64,000 nt of DNA from an uncultured Pseudomonadota bacterium (GTDB taxonomy: Bacteria; Pseudomonadota; Alphaproteobacteria; JACZXZ01), in assembly GCA_963749075.1 (NCBI GenBank), contig CAVVLJ010000021.1, positions 32,001 through 96,000 on the forward strand. The letters are read 5' to 3'. The notes under the pieces were generated by a model. The model saw only the letters and a program-made list of their open reading frames with translations. It searched no databases and was not told where the DNA came from. Below, piece by piece: positions 10,752 to 23,572 of the stretch. Each line of letters starts with the position of its first letter. Position 1 is the first letter of the stretch. A program made the position numbers and the translations under genes.

Positions 10752-11193
10752 CGCCGTCCTCGTCGCCGGCGGCGCGCGCGGGGGCACCCGCCTCTCCGGG
10801 CACGCTCCCCTCCGCCAGGTCGCGCGCCACGGCAGGGCTTTCGAAGAGGCGATCGAGCTCGGCCGCGCGCGCGAAATCGGTATCGGCCTCGAAGACGAGC
10901 TCGGGGGCGAAGCGCAGCTTCACCTCGCGGGCAAGCTGGCCGCGCAAGTAAGCCGCGGCGCGGTTGAGCGCCTGGGCCACGGCAGCGCTGTCGCCGCCGC
11001 CGAAGCGCAAGATGCGCACCGTCGCATGCCTGAGATCGGGGCTCACGCTGACCGCGGTCACGGTGACGGAGACGCCGAGCAGATCGGGATCGCGGAAATG
11101 GCCGCGCTCGATGAGGTGTACGAGCGCCGCGCGGATCGCCTCGCCGACGCGCCGCTGGCGCTGGCTCTCGGGAAGGTTGCGATGTCTTGTCAT
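10741..11193 (-). CDS. rbfA: Ribosome-binding factor A
   Basis: SQRQRRVGE, VSPDLRHA, LRFAPELVF; located between infB and truB. Confidence 0.95.
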   Translation of the reverse strand: MTRHRNLPESQRQRRVGEAIRAALVHLIERGHFRDPDLLGVSVTVTAVSVSPDLRHATVRILRFGGGDSAAVAQALNRAAAYLRGQLAREVKLRFAPELVFEADTDFARAAELDRLFESPAVARDLAEGSVPGEAGAPARAAGDEDGDGA

Positions 11194-11249
11194 GGCATGC
11201 CCGGCGGCAATGCCGCGCGCCGGCCGTCAACGGGAGGAGGGCGCGCCGC

Positions 11250-13901
11250 TCACAGCGCGCGCGCCATCTCCTCGACCTCGTAGCACTCGATGATGTCGCC
11301 CTTCTGGATGTCCTGGTAGTTCTCGAAGGACATGCCGCACTCGTAGCCTTCCTTGACCTCGCGCACCTCTTCCTTGAAGCGGCGCAGGCTGCCGATCCGG
11401 CCCTCGTGCACGACCACGTGGTCGCGTAAGAGCCGCGCGCGCGCGCCGCGCCGCACCTGGCCTTCCGTCACCATGCAGCCAGCGACCTTGCCGGCCTTGC
11501 TGACGGCGAAGACCTCGCGGATCTCGGCATGTCCGAGCTGCTTCTCGGAGACCGTGGGCGACAAGAGGCCCGAGAGCATCTTCTTCACGTCGTCCACGAC
11601 GTTGTAGATGATCGAGTAGTAGCGGATATCCAGGCCGTCGCGCCGCGCCAGCTCGCGCGCCTGCAGATTGGCGCGCACGTTGAAGCCGACGATGAGCGCC
11701 CGGGTTGCTGCGGCAAGCGCCACGTCCGACTCGTTGATGCCGCCGACGCCGCCGTGCAGTACGCGCACCGACACCTCGTCGGTCGCCAGGCGCTGGATGG
11801 CGTTGACGATCGCCTCGACCGAGCCCTGCACGTCCGCCTTGACCACGATGGGCAGCTCCTTGGCATCGCCCGCGGCGATGCGCGAGAACATCTCGTCGAC
11901 GGTGCCGCGCGAGCCGCGCGCCACGCGCACGTCACGGAGCTTGCGCTGGCGGAACTCGGTGACCTCGCGGGCGCGCTGCTCGCTGTCGACCACGCTGAAG
12001 GAATCGCCGGCGAGCGGCGTGGCGTTGAGCCCGAGCACCTCGACGGGCATGGCCGGACCCGCCTCATCGAGCGGGCGCGCGCGGTCGTCGAGGAGTGCCC
12101 GCACGCGGCCCCACTCGCTGCCGGCGATGAAGATATCGCCCAGCTTGAGCGTGCCGCGCTGCACGAGCACGGTCGCGACCGGCCCCCGCCCGCGCTCGAG
12201 CCTCGCCTCGATCACGGTGCCCTGCGCGTTGCGCTCGGGATTGGCCCTCAGGTCGAGTATCTCGGCCTGCAGCAGGATCGCCTCCTCGAGCTTGTCGAGG
12301 TTGATCCGCTTGGTCGCCGAGACCTCGATCGCCAGCACGTCGCCGCCGAACTGCTCGAGCACGACGCCGTGCTGCAGGAGATCGTTGCGCACGCGCTCGG
12401 GATTGGCGTCGGACTTGTCGACCTTGTTGATGGCCACCACGATCGGCACGTTCGCCGCCTTGGCGTGGTTGATCGCCTCCACGGTCTGCGGCTGCACGCC
12501 GTCGTCCGCGGCCACCACCAGCACGACGATGTCGGTTACCTTGGCGCCGCGTGCGCGCATGGCGGTGAAGGCCTCGTGGCCCGGGGTGTCGAGGAAGGTG
12601 ATGCGCTGGCCGCCGGAGAGTGCCACCTGATAGGCGCCGATGTGCTGGGTGATGCCGCCCGCCTCGTGCGCCGCCACGTCGGTCGCGCGCAGCGCGTCGA
12701 GGAGCGAGGTCTTGCCGTGGTCGACGTGGCCCATCACGGTGACCACCGGCGGCCGCGGGCTCAAGTGCTCGGGCGCGTCGTCTGCGCCCTCGATGCCGAT
12801 CTCCACGTCCGCCTCCGAGACGCGCCGCACCTTGTGGCCGAACTCGGCCACTACGAGCTCGGCGGTGTCGGGGTCGATCGTCTGGTTGATCGTCGCCATG
12901 ACGCCGAGCTTCATGAGCGTCTTGATCACGTCGGCGCCGCGCTCGGCCATGCGGTTGGCGAGCTCCTGCACGGTGATCGCCTCGGGGACCACCACCTCGC
13001 GGGCGATCTTCTGTCCCGCCTCCATGAGGGCCTGGCGCGCGCGCTGCTTCTCGCGCTCGCGGGCGCGGCGCACCGAGGCGAGCGAGCGCACGCGCTCCTC
13101 CTCGCTGTCGCCGAGCGCCTGGGTGATGGTGAGCTTGCCCGTGCGCCGGCGCGGCTCGAGCCGCTTGGGGGCGAGCGCCGGGCGCGCCTTGCCCGCGGTC
13201 CGCTTGCCGGCCCGCTCGGCCTCCTCCTCTTCCTCGGGCGCCGCGGCAGGGGCGGGGACGGCCGCGAGCTTCGCCGCCACCCTGAGGGGCGCCGGCGCGC
13301 GCGCCTCACCTTCGACGGCCTCGGGGAGCGCCGCCGCCGCAGCCGGCCCGGCGGCCGCGGCCGGTTCCGCCGGTTTCGCCTCGGCGAGCGCTTCGCGCCC
13401 GCCCTCCTCATCTTTGCTCCGCGCCGCCTCCTCGACCGCGAGACGCGATTCCTCCTCGGCCTTGTGGAGCGCCTCCTCTTCGCCCTTGCGCCGCGCCTCT
13501 TCCTCGGCACGGCGAACCTCGTCGCTCTCGTGTCGCTTGCGCGCCTCGTTGTCGGCCTGCACGGCGCTCTTGAGGGCGCGCACGCGCTGGGCGCGCTCCT
13601 CCTCGGTCAGCGAGCGCGCGGCATGGGCGGCTTCCTCGGCCACGACCTCGGCATGGGCCGCCGCAAGATCGAGCGCCGGCGCCTTGACCTCGTGGAGGAG
13701 GCCGCCGGCATCCTGGGTAAAGGTGCGCTTGCGTTTGACCTCGACGGTCACCGCCTTGGAGCGGCCGTGGGGGAAGCTCTGGCGGACCTGGCCGGTCTCG
13801 ACCGTCTTGCGCAGCTCCAAACGCCCCGGTCGCGACAGTCCTAGCGGCTTCTTCGGGTCATTTTCGTGCGATTCTACCATGTCCGTCCGTTCTTCCATCA
13901 T
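11250..13901 (-). CDS. infB: Translation initiation factor IF-2
   Basis: [24 protein letters not shown] GTPase motifs; start may be 13880. Confidence 0.98.
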   Translation of the reverse strand: MMEERTDMVESHENDPKKPLGLSRPGRLELRKTVETGQVRQSFPHGRSKAVTVEVKRKRTFTQDAGGLLHEVKAPALDLAAAHAEVVAEEAAHAARSLTEEERAQRVRALKSAVQADNEARKRHESDEVRRAEEEARRKGEEEALHKAEEESRLAVEEAARSKDEEGGREALAEAKPAEPAAAAGPAAAAALPEAVEGEARAPAPLRVAAKLAAVPAPAAAPEEEEEAERAGKRTAGKARPALAPKRLEPRRRTGKLTITQALGDSEEERVRSLASVRRAREREKQRARQALMEAGQKIAREVVVPEAITVQELANRMAERGADVIKTLMKLGVMATINQTIDPDTAELVVAEFGHKVRRVSEADVEIGIEGADDAPEHLSPRPPVVTVMGHVDHGKTSLLDALRATDVAAHEAGGITQHIGAYQVALSGGQRITFLDTPGHEAFTAMRARGAKVTDIVVLVVAADDGVQPQTVEAINHAKAANVPIVVAINKVDKSDANPERVRNDLLQHGVVLEQFGGDVLAIEVSATKRINLDKLEEAILLQAEILDLRANPERNAQGTVIEARLERGRGPVATVLVQRGTLKLGDIFIAGSEWGRVRALLDDRARPLDEAGPAMPVEVLGLNATPLAGDSFSVVDSEQRAREVTEFRQRKLRDVRVARGSRGTVDEMFSRIAAGDAKELPIVVKADVQGSVEAIVNAIQRLATDEVSVRVLHGGVGGINESDVALAAATRALIVGFNVRANLQARELARRDGLDIRYYSIIYNVVDDVKKMLSGLLSPTVSEKQLGHAEIREVFAVSKAGKVAGCMVTEGQVRRGARARLLRDHVVVHEGRIGSLRRFKEEVREVKEGYECGMSFENYQDIQKGDIIECYEVEEMARAL

Positions 13902-14566
13902 CGCCGCTCCGCCCCCTCCGCAGCCGGGCGGGCGACCCCGCCCGCTGCGGCGAATCCGCCGAGGCGCGAGGCCTCGGCCGCAAACCGCTCGGCCAAGGCA
14001 CCGGCGCCCAAGGCCACGTGAACGGCCGCATCACGGCCAAGTGCCGCCCCCAGCTCGCGCGCCGTGAACAGCTCGACGACGGGCAGCTTCAGCACCCCGC
14101 CCGGGAGCTTGGCGCGCCCGGCCTTGGAGCCGTCGATGGCCTCGACGAGCACCGCGGCGCGCCCCTCGGCGAGCCAGGTGCTGACCTGCTCGAAGCCGGC
14201 CGCCAGCTGGCCCGCGCGGCGCGCGAGCCCGAGGATATCGAGGCAGCGCCGCCTCAAGAGCGCCTCGATGCGGTCGGCCAGCCCCGCGGGGAGCTTGACC
14301 GGCGTCCGCGCCGCCTTGGCGAAGCTGCCCTTGGCACAGGCTGTTTCTACTACATCCCGCCGCGCCTGCAACCAGATTCCCCGCCCCTCGAGGCGGCCCT
14401 CGAGGTCGGGCAGCACGCGGCCCTCGGCATCCACGACGAAGCGGATCAAGCGTCCCTTGGGAAAGACGCCGCCGCTCACGATGCAGCGGCGAAAAGGGGA
14501 TGCCGCCGCCTCCGGCTTATCCGGAGGGGCAGGCTCGCATGGCTTGGTGCTCTCGTCCGCCAGCAT
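13898..14566 (-). CDS. YlxR/DUF448 plus L7Ae-like RNA-binding protein
   Basis: RRCIVSG..LIRFV..PDL...L.GRGIW; located between nusA and infB. Confidence 0.88.
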   Translation of the reverse strand: MLADESTKPCEPAPPDKPEAAASPFRRCIVSGGVFPKGRLIRFVVDAEGRVLPDLEGRLEGRGIWLQARRDVVETACAKGSFAKAARTPVKLPAGLADRIEALLRRRCLDILGLARRAGQLAAGFEQVSTWLAEGRAAVLVEAIDGSKAGRAKLPGGVLKLPVVELFTARELGAALGRDAAVHVALGAGALAERFAAEASRLGGFAAAGGVARPAAEGAERR

Positions 14567-14580
14567 GATGCCCTCCCCCT

Positions 14581-16152
<1,572 letters not shown>

Positions 16153-16156
16153 TCCT

Positions 16157-16675
16157 CTACCTTCGTCGTTCGTTGGCCGCGCGCTCCTTGGCTTGAGCGG
16201 CGGCGAGCAGTTCGTCCGTCAGGACCAGGCGGGCCTTGACGATCGCATCGAACGGCAGATCGACCGCCCCCTCGGGCAAGGCGATCCGCACCATCCCGCC
16301 GGCCAGCCCCAGGAGCCTGCCGCGGAAGCGCCGGCGGCCCTCGAGCGGCGTTGCGGTCTCGATCTTCGCCTCGTAGCCGGCAAAGCGCTCGAAGTCCTTC
16401 TCCCGCACGAGCGGCCGGTCGATCCCGGGCGAGCTCACCTCGAGCGTGTAGGAGCCCGAGAGCGGATCCTCCACGTCGAGCAGCGCCGACGCCGTCCGGC
16501 TGATCGCCGTACAATCGTCGAGGGTCACCGGCCCGCCCATCGCCCGCTCCACCATGAGCTGGAGGGTGGGGCTGCGGCCGCCCGAGAGCTGCACCCGTAC
16601 GATCTCGTAGCCCATCGCCGCGAGGGAGGGGGCAAGCATGCGCTCGATGCGGCGCGGCAGCTCCGAACCTTCCAC
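16157..16675 (-). CDS. rimP: Ribosome maturation factor RimP
   Basis: YTLEVSSPGIDRPL, GRRRFRG, KARLVLTDELL; GTG start at 16675 chosen for its upstream GGGAG. Confidence 0.93.
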   Translation of the reverse strand: MEGSELPRRIERMLAPSLAAMGYEIVRVQLSGGRSPTLQLMVERAMGGPVTLDDCTAISRTASALLDVEDPLSGSYTLEVSSPGIDRPLVREKDFERFAGYEAKIETATPLEGRRRFRGRLLGLAGGMVRIALPEGAVDLPFDAIVKARLVLTDELLAAAQAKERAANERRR

Positions 16676-16743
16676 CGACGACTCTCCCGCCCCCCGCCTC
16701 GGGCCTCGCCAGCCGGACCCCATCGCCAACCGAGGCCGCATAA

Positions 16744-16776
16744 AACGAGAGAGTGGGCTTGGGACCCACTCTCGTT
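16744..16776 (-). promoter_or_regulatory. rimP leader hairpin (attenuator-like)
   Basis: Minus strand AACGAGAGTGGG-TCCCAAG-CCCACTCTCTCGTT followed by TTAT. Confidence 0.55.
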
Positions 16777-16880
16777 CCGGCCTGATACCTGATCAGTCCT
16801 TCCGGGACCACGTCGTATGCGGCAAATATAGCGATAGAACCCGGCGCTTCAAGGCTTTTTTGACCGCCTGCCGGAGCCGC

Positions 16881-17591
16881 TCAGCCGCCCCCGGCCGCCA
16901 GCGGGCGGCGGCGGTGGACGAGATAGGCGCAGCGCCGGCCGGCGGCGAGCGCCTTGGTCTCGTAGCGCGTCGGCGGCCAGCCCTCGGGGCGCTCGTCAAG
17001 GCCTTGCGGGCCGCCCGCGGGACCGGCGAAGCCGCCGTGCGCCGCCAGCGCCTCGCGCATGGCGGCCGCATAGTCCGGGTCGTCGGTGGCGAGGCGCAGC
17101 TCGGCTCCCGCCGCCATGGCGGCCGCCAGGAGATCGAGCGTCGCCCCCTGGACGAGCCGGCGCCGGCGATGGCGCTTCTTCGGCCAGGGATCTGGAAAGA
17201 GTGCGAAGACGCGGCCGAGCGAGTGGGGTGCCAGTCCCCGAAGCAGCAGCCGCGCGTCGTCGGGGAAGATGCGCAAGTTGGCGAGGCCTTCGCGCTCGAT
17301 CGCCGCCAGGAGCTTGACCACGCCATTGACGTAGGGCTCGCAGCCGATGAAGCCGACCTCGCCGTGCGCCTTGGCCTGGGCCGCGAGATGCTCGCCGCCG
17401 CCGAAGCCGATCTCGAGCCACACGCCGGCGATGCCGGGGGCGAAGAGGGTGCGCGGATCGAGGCGCTCGCCCTCCGGCGGCAGGGCCACGGCGAGGCCCG
17501 GAAGCGCCCTCCGCAGGAGGGCCTCCTGCAGCGGGCGGAGCGCCTTGCCTTTGCGGCGGCCGTAGAGACGGAGCGGGAAGGGGCCGCGCAC
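16881..17591 (-). CDS. trmB: tRNA (guanine-N7)-methyltransferase
   Basis: YGRRKGK, LEIGFGGGEHL, FPDPWPKKRH, ATDDPDY, TRYETKA; start uncertain. Confidence 0.94.
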   Translation of the reverse strand: MRGPFPLRLYGRRKGKALRPLQEALLRRALPGLAVALPPEGERLDPRTLFAPGIAGVWLEIGFGGGEHLAAQAKAHGEVGFIGCEPYVNGVVKLLAAIEREGLANLRIFPDDARLLLRGLAPHSLGRVFALFPDPWPKKRHRRRRLVQGATLDLLAAAMAAGAELRLATDDPDYAAAMREALAAHGGFAGPAGGPQGLDERPEGWPPTRYETKALAAGRRCAYLVHRRRPLAAGGG

Positions 17592-17613
17592 GGCTTGCGG
17601 CCGTGCTGCGGCG

Positions 17614-18795
17614 TCAGGCGCCGTTCGAGCCGAAGATGCGCTTGAGCTCGGGCGCCAGATCGGTCTTCTCCCAGGAGAAGCCGCCATCCGGGTCGGGCGC
17701 CCGGCCGAAGTGGCCATAGGCGGAGGTGCGCGCGTAGATCGGCTTGTTGAGCTTGAGGTGCTCGCGGATGCCGCGCGGCGAGAGGTTCACCATCTCGCAC
17801 AGCACGTGCACCAGCTTGGTCTCGTCGACGCGCCCGGTGCTGTTGGTGTTGATGTAGACCGAGAGCGGCTTCGGCACGCCGATGGCGTAGGAGAGCTGGA
17901 TGGTGCATTCGTCGGCGAGGCCGGCGGCGACGACGTTCTTCGCGAGATAGCGCGCGGCGTAGGCGGCCGAGCGGTCGACCTTGGTGGGGTCCTTGCCCGA
18001 GAAGGCGCCGCCGCCGTGGGGCGCCTTGCCGCCGTAGGTGTCGACGATGATCTTGCGCCCGGTGACGCCGGCGTCGCCGTCGGGACCGCCGATGACGAAG
18101 CGTCCGGTGGGGTTCACGTAGAAATCGCTCTCCGGGCACATCCAGCCCTCGGGCAGCACGTTGAGCACGTGCGGGCGCACGATCTCGCGCACCTGATCCT
18201 GGTCGACCTCGGCGGCGTGCTGGGTGGAGACCACGATCGAGGCGGCGCCGACCGGCTTGCCGTCCACGTAGCGCAGCGTCACCTGGCTCTTGGCGTCGGG
18301 ACCGAGCGCCGGCTCGGCGCCCGAATGGCGCGCCTCCTTGAGCGAGAGCAGGATGGCGTGGGCGTAATAGATCGGCGCCGGCATCAGCGCCTCGGTCTCG
18401 CGGCAGGCGAAGCCGAACATGATGCCCTGGTCGCCGGCACCCTCGTCCTTGTTGTCCTTGGCATCGACCCCCTGGGCGATGTCGCTCGACTGGGCGTGGA
18501 CGCGCACCAGCACCTCGGCCTTCTGCCAGTGGAAGCCGGCCTGCTCGTAGCCGATCTCCTTGATGCAGCGGCGCGCGATCTCCTCGAGCGACTGCTTGGT
18601 GATGCTCGCGGGCCCGCGCACCTCGCCCGCCAGCACCACGAAATTGGTGGTGACGAGGGTCTCGCAAGCGACGCGCGAATAGGGATCGGCGGTGAGGAAG
18701 GTATCGACCACGGCATCCGAGATGCGGTCGCACACCTTGTCCGGATGGCCCTCGGACACGGATTCGCTGGTGAAGAGATAATCGCGGAGCGCCAC
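17614..18795 (-). CDS. metK: S-adenosylmethionine synthetase
   Basis: [35 protein letters not shown]. Confidence 0.98.
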   Translation of the reverse strand: MALRDYLFTSESVSEGHPDKVCDRISDAVVDTFLTADPYSRVACETLVTTNFVVLAGEVRGPASITKQSLEEIARRCIKEIGYEQAGFHWQKAEVLVRVHAQSSDIAQGVDAKDNKDEGAGDQGIMFGFACRETEALMPAPIYYAHAILLSLKEARHSGAEPALGPDAKSQVTLRYVDGKPVGAASIVVSTQHAAEVDQDQVREIVRPHVLNVLPEGWMCPESDFYVNPTGRFVIGGPDGDAGVTGRKIIVDTYGGKAPHGGGAFSGKDPTKVDRSAAYAARYLAKNVVAAGLADECTIQLSYAIGVPKPLSVYINTNSTGRVDETKLVHVLCEMVNLSPRGIREHLKLNKPIYARTSAYGHFGRAPDPDGGFSWEKTDLAPELKRIFGSNGA

Positions 18796-18994
18796 GGGTC
18801 ACCCCCCTTTTGCGGGCAACATCGAGAAGCAGGCCGGCCCGGCGCCGTGCACAGCAACCCCCGCCGCGGCCTGAAGCGCGGTCATGTGGCAGCCTCCGCG
18901 GGAGCGTGTCAAGGACTACGGAAGGACGGGCGCGCCCGCGGCCGCGGGGGCGGGCCCGCCTCGCCGCAGGGCGGGCCGCCGCCTCCCGGCGCGC

Positions 18995-19438
18995 TTACGC
19001 CGTGTCGCCCGCGCGCGCGAGCGCCTTGGTCAGCTCGAACACCTTCTTGCGCACGCCCGCATCGGTGATGCGGTAGTAGGCGCGCACGAGCTCGAGCGTC
19101 TCGCGCTTCGCCATCGGATCGAGCGCGAGCTGCTCGCCGTCCTCCGCCGCGTGCGTCCGGCTCGCGCGCAGCGCGGCCTCGCTCGGCATGTCATCGAAGA
19201 AGAAGGACACCGGCACATCGAGGACCCGGCTCAACTCGAAGAGCCGGCTGGCGCCGATGCGGTTGGCGCCGCGTTCGTACTTCTGAACCTGCTGGAAGGT
19301 GAGGCTGATCGCCTCGCCAAGCTTCTCCTGGCTCATGCCGAGCATGGTCCGGCGCAGCCGCACGCGGCTGCCGACGTGAACATCGACGGGGTTGGGCTTT
19401 CCGGTCTTGATACGGGTTGCGCGTAAGCGGGGTGCCAT
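18995..19438 (-). CDS. XRE-family HTH transcriptional regulator
   Basis: PNPVDVHVGSRVRLRR..LGMSQEKLG..TFQQVQKYERGANR; usual position between lnt and metK. Confidence 0.93.
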   Translation of the reverse strand: MAPRLRATRIKTGKPNPVDVHVGSRVRLRRTMLGMSQEKLGEAISLTFQQVQKYERGANRIGASRLFELSRVLDVPVSFFFDDMPSEAALRASRTHAAEDGEQLALDPMAKRETLELVRAYYRITDAGVRKKVFELTKALARAGDTA

Positions 19439-19523
19439 GTCAAACCATCATAAGTTGTTTGTGTGAGTAATATTTCAGGTGTGAAAAACATATTCACAAT
19501 TCTGTGAATGGTCAAACGCAAAA

Positions 19524-21158
19524 TTACACAAAATTGCAAGCACCCGCCCTTTTTTGCTCAACCGGCCCCGCCCTCGGCGAGAGGGGCCAGGCGAGGAGAA
19601 GCGTCAGCGCAAGGAGTGCGGCCAAGCCGCGCTCGCCGAAGCGCGCGAAGAAGGTGGGCGCCGGCAGCGGCTCCGGCAGCGGCGCATCGACGATGCCCTC
19701 CTTGCCCAGCCCGAGCCGCGCGACGACGCGGCCATAGGGATCGACCACGCCCGAGATGCCGGTATTCGCCACGCGCACGAGCGGCAGCCCCTCCTCGACC
19801 GCCCGCACGCGCGCGCTCTCGAAGTGCTGGTAGGGGCCGGAGCTGCGGCCGAACCAGGCGTCGTTGGTCACGTTGAGGAGCCAGCGCGGCCGCGGGTCGG
19901 CGGCGGCAACCTCGCCGGGGAAGATCGCCTCGTAACAGATGAGCGGGCTCACGGGCGGCAGGTGCGGCAGCACGAGCGTGCGCGGGCCCGGCCCGGCCGC
20001 GAAATCGCCGCGGCCCGGCGTCAGCTTGTCGATGGGGAGGATGCCCCGGAGCGGCACATATTCGCCGAAGGGGACGAGATGGAACTTGTCGTAGCTCGCG
20101 ACGATGCGCCCGCCGCCGTCGAGCGCCTCGAGGCTGTTGTAGTCGCGGTAGCTGCCGTCGCTTGCCGCGGCGCGGCGCAGCGTGCCGGTGAGGAGAAGGC
20201 CGCCCGGCGGCACGATGCGCGCGAGCTCGTCCTTCACCTCCGGCTCGTCCGCGAGGAAGAACGGCACCGCCGCCTCGGGCCAGATGATGGCGCTCAGCGG
20301 CCGTGCCGGCGGGCGCGTGGAGAGCCGCACCGTGGCGACGAGGTTGTCGCGCACGCGCGCCGCGTCCCATTTGTCGAGCTGCGCCACGTTGGGCTGCACG
20401 AGGCGCAAGGTGACGCCCGGCACCATGGCGCTCGTGGCACCGGCAAGGCGCAACGCACCGCCGCCCCAGAGCAGGCCCGCGAGAACGAGCGCGGCTGCAA
20501 GCGGCACGAGCGGCCGCCGAGCGGCCGCCTTGCCGCACGCCGCGGCCGGCAGTGCGGCGATCGCGACGGTCACCAGGCTCAGGCCGTAGATGCCGACGGC
20601 GGACGCCAGCTGGATCGGGGCATCCGCGAGCGTCCAGGCATAGCCGACGAGGTTCCACGGGAAGCCGGTGAAGAGCTGGCCGCGCAGCCATTCGAAGGCG
20701 GTCCACAGCGCCGCAAGGGCAAGCGCGCGGCCCATACCCTTGGCGCGCGAGAGGTGGAGCAGCAGGAGGGCAAGCGCCGAATAGACCGCAAAGCCGGCCG
20801 AGAGACCGCCCGTCGCGAAGGGAATCATCCAGCCGAAGCGGGCGAGATCGACGGTCATGGAGATGCCGATCCAATAGAGGCCGGCGAGGAAGAAGCCGAA
20901 ACCGAACCACCAGCCGAGTGCCAGTGCCTGGCGCATCCGCCGGTTGCCGTCCGCGAGCCAGAGCAGCCCCGTGAAGGACACGACGAGAAGCGGCGCGAGA
21001 TAGAAGGGCGGCAGTGCGAGTGCCGCCGAGACGCCGAGTGCGGTTGCGAGCGCGTAGCGCCGCCAGCCCGTCAGCGCCGCGAGACGCTCCGCGAGCGCCG
21101 CGAGTGCAGCGAGCGCCCCCGCGGCGGCGGGCGCCGGTGCCAGGCGCGCCGCGGTCAT
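19524..21158 (-). CDS. lnt: Apolipoprotein N-acyltransferase
   Basis: TGFPWN, VQPNV, IWPEAA, YDKFHLVPFGEY, ICYEAIF, TNDAWFG, RAVEEG. Confidence 0.96.
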   Translation of the reverse strand: MTAARLAPAPAAAGALAALAALAERLAALTGWRRYALATALGVSAALALPPFYLAPLLVVSFTGLLWLADGNRRMRQALALGWWFGFGFFLAGLYWIGISMTVDLARFGWMIPFATGGLSAGFAVYSALALLLLHLSRAKGMGRALALAALWTAFEWLRGQLFTGFPWNLVGYAWTLADAPIQLASAVGIYGLSLVTVAIAALPAAACGKAAARRPLVPLAAALVLAGLLWGGGALRLAGATSAMVPGVTLRLVQPNVAQLDKWDAARVRDNLVATVRLSTRPPARPLSAIIWPEAAVPFFLADEPEVKDELARIVPPGGLLLTGTLRRAAASDGSYRDYNSLEALDGGGRIVASYDKFHLVPFGEYVPLRGILPIDKLTPGRGDFAAGPGPRTLVLPHLPPVSPLICYEAIFPGEVAAADPRPRWLLNVTNDAWFGRSSGPYQHFESARVRAVEEGLPLVRVANTGISGVVDPYGRVVARLGLGKEGIVDAPLPEPLPAPTFFARFGERGLAALLALTLLLAWPLSPRAGPVEQKRAGACNFV

Positions 21159-22045
21159 GGCGCCGGCACCGCCGGGCGCGGCACGTTGCGCACCCGCAGG
21201 CGCTTGATGCGCCGCGGATCGGCATCGATCACCTCGAACTCCAGGCCCGAGGGGTGCGCGATCACCTCGCCGCGCGCGGGGATGCGGCCGGCGAGTGCAA
21301 AGACGAGGCCGCCCAGGGTGTCGATGTCCTCGCGCTCCTCGTCGCGCAGGAGCGGCCCGACCCGCGCCTCGAGCTCCTCGACCGGCACGCGCGCATCGGC
21401 GACGAGCACGCCGCCCGGGCCCTCGACGATGGCGGGGCGCGCCTCGTCGTCGTGCTCGTCCTCGATCTCGCCCACGATCTCCTCGACGAGATCCTCGATG
21501 GTGACGAGGCCGTCGATGCCGCCGAACTCGTCGACGACGAGGACGAGATGGCGGCGCGTGGCGCGCATCTTGAGCAGGAGATCGAGCACGCGCATGGAGG
21601 GGGCTATGAAGAGCACGGGACGCAGGATTTTCGCCACCTGGAATTCGTTCGGCCGGCCCCACCAGGCGAGCACGTCCTTGATGTGCACCATGCCGATCAC
21701 GTCGTCGAGCGACTCGCGATAGACCGGGGTGCGCGAGTGCGCCTCGTTGCTCATGACGCGCACGAGCTCGTCGAGCGAGAGGCTGTGCTCGACCGCGACG
21801 ATGTCCGCGCGCGGCACCATGACGTCGGCGGCCGTGAGCTCGTGCAGCTTGAGGATGTTGGTGAGGAGCGCGCGCTCCTGGGGATCGATCTCCGCGGCCG
21901 CCGCGTCGGTCTCCTCGATGAGCTCGCCGAGCGCCTCGCGCAAGGTGGCCTCGCCGTTGCGCGTCCAGCGCAGTCCCTTGAGCCAGTTGCGCAGGATGCC
22001 GATGATCGAGGTCCGGCCGCCGCCCGGAGACGGGGGATCAGCCAT
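21155..22045 (-). CDS. corC: CBS/CorC-HlyC family Mg/Co transport-associated protein
   Basis: DVMVPRADI, HSRTPVY, VDEFGGIDGLVTIEDLVEEIVGEIEDEHD. Confidence 0.9.
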   Translation of the reverse strand: MADPPSPGGGRTSIIGILRNWLKGLRWTRNGEATLREALGELIEETDAAAAEIDPQERALLTNILKLHELTAADVMVPRADIVAVEHSLSLDELVRVMSNEAHSRTPVYRESLDDVIGMVHIKDVLAWWGRPNEFQVAKILRPVLFIAPSMRVLDLLLKMRATRRHLVLVVDEFGGIDGLVTIEDLVEEIVGEIEDEHDDEARPAIVEGPGGVLVADARVPVEELEARVGPLLRDEEREDIDTLGGLVFALAGRIPARGEVIAHPSGLEFEVIDADPRRIKRLRVRNVPRPAVPAP

Positions 22046-22562
22046 GACGACGGCGCTCCGCGGCGTAGGGATCGGGAATGCCGAGGCCGGCCAGCGCCGC
22101 GCGCTCGAGGCGCTCCATGCGGAGTGCCTCGGCCGGGCGCGCGTGATCGTAGCCGAGCAGATGCAGCGTGCCGTGCACGACGAGGTGGGCGAGATGATGG
22201 GCGAGCGGCTTGCCCAGGGCCGCGGCCTCGCTGCGGCTGGTCTCCCAGGCGACGATCACGTCGCCGAGCAGCCGAGGCGCTCCGCCGCGCTCAGCCGCGC
22301 GCTCCCCGGGTGCCGACGCCGGGAAGGCGAGCACGTTGGTGGGCGCGTCCTTGCGGCGGTAGTCGCGGTTGAGCCGCCGGGCGAGCGCGTCGTCCGCCAG
22401 CACCAGGCTGAGCTCGCCCGCCCGCGGGACGGTACCGCCCGCGCGCCGCACCGCCGCGAGTGCCGCCTCGGCCGCCGCGCGCGCGAGCGCTTTCGCCCCC
22501 GCCGGTGCGCGGCGCCAGGCGGCACAGGATACCGAGACCGCGATCGCCACCCGCGCCGCCAT
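22038..22562 (-). CDS. ybeY: rRNA maturation endoribonuclease YbeY
   Basis: LNRDYR.KDAPTNVLAF, HGTLHLLGYDH. Confidence 0.95.
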   Translation of the reverse strand: MAARVAIAVSVSCAAWRRAPAGAKALARAAAEAALAAVRRAGGTVPRAGELSLVLADDALARRLNRDYRRKDAPTNVLAFPASAPGERAAERGGAPRLLGDVIVAWETSRSEAAALGKPLAHHLAHLVVHGTLHLLGYDHARPAEALRMERLERAALAGLGIPDPYAAERRRHG

Positions 22563-22564
22563 GC

Positions 22565-23572
22565 TCAGCCGGCTCCGCCCTTTTTCTTGGCCGCCTGCCG
22601 CGTCTCGAGAAGACGCCGGTCCTTGGCGTCATAGGCGCGCACCACGCGCGTGACGAGGGGGTGGCGCACCACGTCCTTGTCGGTGAAGCGGATGAAAGTG
22701 ATGCCGCCGACGTTCTCGAGCACGTCGATGGCATCGGCCAGGCCCGAGCGCGCGCCGAGCGGCAGATCGATCTGGGTCAAGTCGCCGGTGACGGCCATGC
22801 GCGAGTTCTCGCCGAGGCGCGTGAGGAACATCTTCATCTGCACCGGCGTGGTGTTCTGTGCCTCGTCGAGGATGATGAAGGCGTTGGACAGCGTGCGGCC
22901 GCGCATGAAGGCAAGGGGTGCGATCTCGATCTCGCCGTTGCCGAGGCGCTTGGCGACCTGATCCGCCGGCAGCATGTCGTAGAGCGCGTCGTAGAGCGGA
23001 CGGAGATAGGGATCGACCTTGTCGCGCACGTCGCCGGGGAGGAAGCCGAGACGCTCGCCCGCCTCGACGGCGGGCCGCGACAGGATGAGGCGGTCGACCT
23101 GCCCGCTCGAGAGCATGGCCACCGCGGTGGCGACCGCGAGATAGGTCTTGCCCGTGCCCGCCGGGCCGATGCCGAAGACGAGCTCGAAATCGTAGAGCGC
23201 CTTGAGATAGTCGCCCTGGACGGGCGAGCGCGCGGCAATCACGCGGCGGCGCGTCACCACCTCGATCTCGCCCTCGGCGCCGCCGCCGCGCGCCGCCTGC
23301 CTCATCGCCGCATCGACCTCGTGCATGCCCACATCCTTGCCGCCCTTGAGGCGGTGGTAGAGGGCGGTGATGGCATCGCGCGCGGTCGCCGCCTCATGGG
23401 CGGGACCCGAGATCGCCAGCTGATTGCCGCGCTGGGACAGCTCGACGCCGAGCTGCTGCTCGATGCGCGCAAGGTGCTGATCATGCTCTCCATAGAGCCG
23501 CGCCAGCAGCCGATTGTCCTCGAACTGCAGGCGGATCGGGGTGCCGTTGCCCTCTCTCGTGCCCGTGCTCAC
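22565..23572 (-). CDS. phoH: PhoH-family ATPase (YbeZ)
   Basis: [35 protein letters not shown]. Confidence 0.95.
   Translation of the reverse strand: MSTGTREGNGTPIRLQFEDNRLLARLYGEHDQHLARIEQQLGVELSQRGNQLAISGPAHEAATARDAITALYHRLKGGKDVGMHEVDAAMRQAARGGGAEGEIEVVTRRRVIAARSPVQGDYLKALYDFELVFGIGPAGTGKTYLAVATAVAMLSSGQVDRLILSRPAVEAGERLGFLPGDVRDKVDPYLRPLYDALYDMLPADQVAKRLGNGEIEIAPLAFMRGRTLSNAFIILDEAQNTTPVQMKMFLTRLGENSRMAVTGDLTQIDLPLGARSGLADAIDVLENVGGITFIRFTDKDVVRHPLVTRVVRAYDAKDRRLLETRQAAKKKGGAG

Noticed and set aside
18796-18990. SAM riboswitch upstream of metK
   Set aside because: No SAM-II or SAM-SAH consensus recognisable by eye; an Rfam scan would settle it.
19480-19498. CRP/Clr site
   Set aside because: TGTGA and TCACA are 9 bp apart, not the required 6.
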